Assembly: GCA_964519825.1 (NCBI GenBank)
Contig: CAZFLF010000001.1
Span: 1 to 29,539 of the forward strand
DNA from: an uncultured Pirellulaceae bacterium
GTDB taxonomy: Bacteria > Planctomycetota > Planctomycetia > Pirellulales > Pirellulaceae
Reading direction: 5' to 3'
DNA: 29,539 nt
Shown here: positions 27,869-29,539 of the stretch, in pieces
Numbering within the stretch: the stretch's first letter is position 1
How the letters are laid out: each line of letters begins with the position of its first letter
Notes under the pieces: generated by a model
Database searches by the model: none
What the model was told of the DNA's origin: nothing
What the model saw: the letters and a program-made list of their open reading frames with translations, nothing else
Made by a program: the position numbers and the translations under genes

Positions 27869-28702
27869 TTACTCAAATGCGACCGTCTTGGCGAATTTTT
27901 TCAATTCTTCCAGCTGGGCCTTTTTGGCTTCGTCGCTGAGCGGATTGCCTTTGAGATAGACTTGCCAGAACGGAGCGAAACGCTGTGAACCTTCCTTGTC
28001 GGCTTTCGCCATTTCGATCAACACCTTCAGGTCTGTCACTTTGTTATTGTCGAGGAACAGGAATTTCCATTCGGTCAGTCCCTTCAAGGGCGTGACATCG
28101 GCGACGGAATTTCCACGGAGATCGAGCGAATCAAGGTTCTTCAGGCCCGCCAGCGGTTGAACGTTGTCAATTTGGTTGCCATCCAAGTAAAGCGACCACA
28201 GCTTGCCAAGACCGGCCAGTGGAGCCAGATCTTTGATTTGATTTCCGGACAAATACAACGACCGCATCGCATCGAGCTTGGCAAGTGGAGCGAGATCGCT
28301 GATCTGATTGTTGGACAAGTGCAAGTACTGCAGCTTGTTGAGACCCTCCAACGGCTTGATGTCCTTGATCTTATTCTTGGCCAACGTCAGTGATTGGATT
28401 CCCTTCAAGTCTTTGAGCGGGGCCACATCCTCAATTTCGTTCCCTTCCAAGTCGAGCAGCGCCAGACTGCGGCATTTCTCCAGTCCAGCTAGATTCTTGA
28501 CTCCTTTGTTCTTGCCTTGAATCGTCGAAATGTTGACCACATCCTCTTCAGTCAGGGGTTGGTCGTTGTTCCGCTTCTCAAATACGTACTTTCGCACCAC
28601 CATTTCCAGGTTCTTATCCGGGAAAATGGTTTGAGCAGCGGCGGGGACGGTCAGAGCGAACGAACTAACGATTAACACAACGGCGGAGAGAATCTTCGTC
28701 AT
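27869..28702 (-). CDS. Secreted internalin-type leucine-rich repeat protein (277 aa)
   Basis: Sec signal MTKILSAVVLIVSSFALTVPAAAQ, cap IFPDKNLEMVVR, seven clear 22-aa LRRs (e.g. LEGLNKLQYLHLSNNQISDLAP) plus partial terminal repeats. GAGG RBS before ATG 28702. Confidence 0.9.
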   Translation of the reverse strand: MTKILSAVVLIVSSFALTVPAAAQTIFPDKNLEMVVRKYVFEKRNNDQPLTEEDVVNISTIQGKNKGVKNLAGLEKCRSLALLDLEGNEIEDVAPLKDLKGIQSLTLAKNKIKDIKPLEGLNKLQYLHLSNNQISDLAPLAKLDAMRSLYLSGNQIKDLAPLAGLGKLWSLYLDGNQIDNVQPLAGLKNLDSLDLRGNSVADVTPLKGLTEWKFLFLDNNKVTDLKVLIEMAKADKEGSQRFAPFWQVYLKGNPLSDEAKKAQLEELKKFAKTVAFE

Positions 28703-29057
28703 GAGTGGTACCTCTAGGCAATCCTTAAACTGGTGGAAACATCGGCGAGCCGCGCGGCTTGGGGAATACTCAACCGCACACAGTTGTTGGCGAAACATTC
28801 CTGCCTATTAAGGCGAGCAAATGTCTCGCTGCGGACCCTCCAGGGAATAACCGCAACTCGCGTTCAAAACAAGGCGGGTTAACTGATAAATAGAGTACTT
28901 GCTGACCCGTAACCAATCCACCCCGGCGATTCGTTTCTTGAGGTGTTTGGGGCGGACTCGCAGCACGGCCTCTACCTCCCCCGCCTTCTTGGCACTGCGG
29001 GTTACGGCCGCTATACATCTTCTGGTGTTTCCGCAACTGCGTCCCGACGAACGAACC

Positions 29058-29539
29058 ATGCCGAGAATCTTGATTACTGCCTTCGAGCCGTACGACATTT
29101 GGTCGGAGAATTCGAGTTGGCTCGCGCTGGTAGAATTTGCCAAAGAGTTGCCAACGGCATCCCAGGTTGTCACGCGGCTTTACCCGGTCAACTTCCAATC
29201 GGTCCGCGAGCAACTCGCGAAGGATCTCGCTGATAATTTTGATTACGCACTGCATCTGGGCCAGGCGCCTGGGGCCACCTTGATTCGACTTGAGGCAATC
29301 GGAGTCAACATTGGTGGAAGCTCGAAAGATCACTCCGATACGTTTCAGCCGCTGGTGACGGACGGACCGGTTGCCTACCGAAGTGCGCTGCCGCTGACCG
29401 CGTGGGCCAAGCATTTGCGCGAATCCGGCATTCCCGCGGCCGTCTCCTACCACGCCGGCACCTACTTGTGCAATGCAACTCTCTACATGAGTCATTATTT
29501 GGCGGAGCAGCAGAAACTGCGGACGCAGACGACGTTCAT
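29058..29539 (+). CDS. pcp: Pyroglutamyl-peptidase I (peptidase C15), 3' end outside window
   Basis: Not in the ORF track. MPRILITAFEPY...NSS...LHLGQAPG...IRLEAIGVN...SYHAGTYLCNATLY...TTFI carries the catalytic Glu and Cys motifs. The catalytic His is expected immediately past the window edge. Confidence 0.92.
   Translation, partial: MPRILITAFEPYDIWSENSSWLALVEFAKELPTASQVVTRLYPVNFQSVREQLAKDLADNFDYALHLGQAPGATLIRLEAIGVNIGGSSKDHSDTFQPLVTDGPVAYRSALPLTAWAKHLRESGIPAAVSYHAGTYLCNATLYMSHYLAEQQKLRTQTTF

Noticed and set aside
28770-29495. 241-aa minus-strand ORF and 121/96-aa ORFs near the right edge
   Set aside because: They overlap or are antisense to the clear pcp frame starting at 29058 and have no motifs.

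Overview
Bacterial chromosomal DNA, most likely Planctomycetota/Pirellulales (inferred from the RRLLLESLEDRRLLA planctomycete extracellular motif and the gene content). Every supported gene from 1 to 28702 lies on the minus strand. In transcription order these are: a secreted internalin-type LRR protein, a helical hypothetical protein, an SPFH/Band-7 protein with an atypical C-terminal domain, a Zn-dependent dehydrogenase, larB-nnrD-ribF-nrnA, a Rieske protein, a cytochrome b/diheme cytochrome c fusion, a CrtI-like flavoprotein, a cpaF-tadB-tadC trio, a 59-aa Lys/Ala-rich protein, a SelW/Rdx-family selenoprotein, a Tat-exported Gfo/Idh/MocA oxidoreductase, and a >3300-aa surface protein that runs off the left edge. 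A pyroglutamyl-peptidase I gene starts divergently on the + strand and runs off the right edge. The ORF track misses three real genes in whole or part: the giant protein, pcp, and the N-terminus of the selenoprotein, which has an in-frame UGA in a C-x-x-U motif followed by a candidate SECIS hairpin. The most notable observations are the Sec-recoded gene, a metzincin-like domain in the giant protein with all Zn ligands replaced, six copies of a 'FEFD' module I cannot assign to a family, the SPFH-YbjN/CesT-like fusion with its helical partner, and short intergenic repeat elements. I found no rRNA, tRNA, CRISPR array or transposase. All family assignments come from motif recognition, not database searches.
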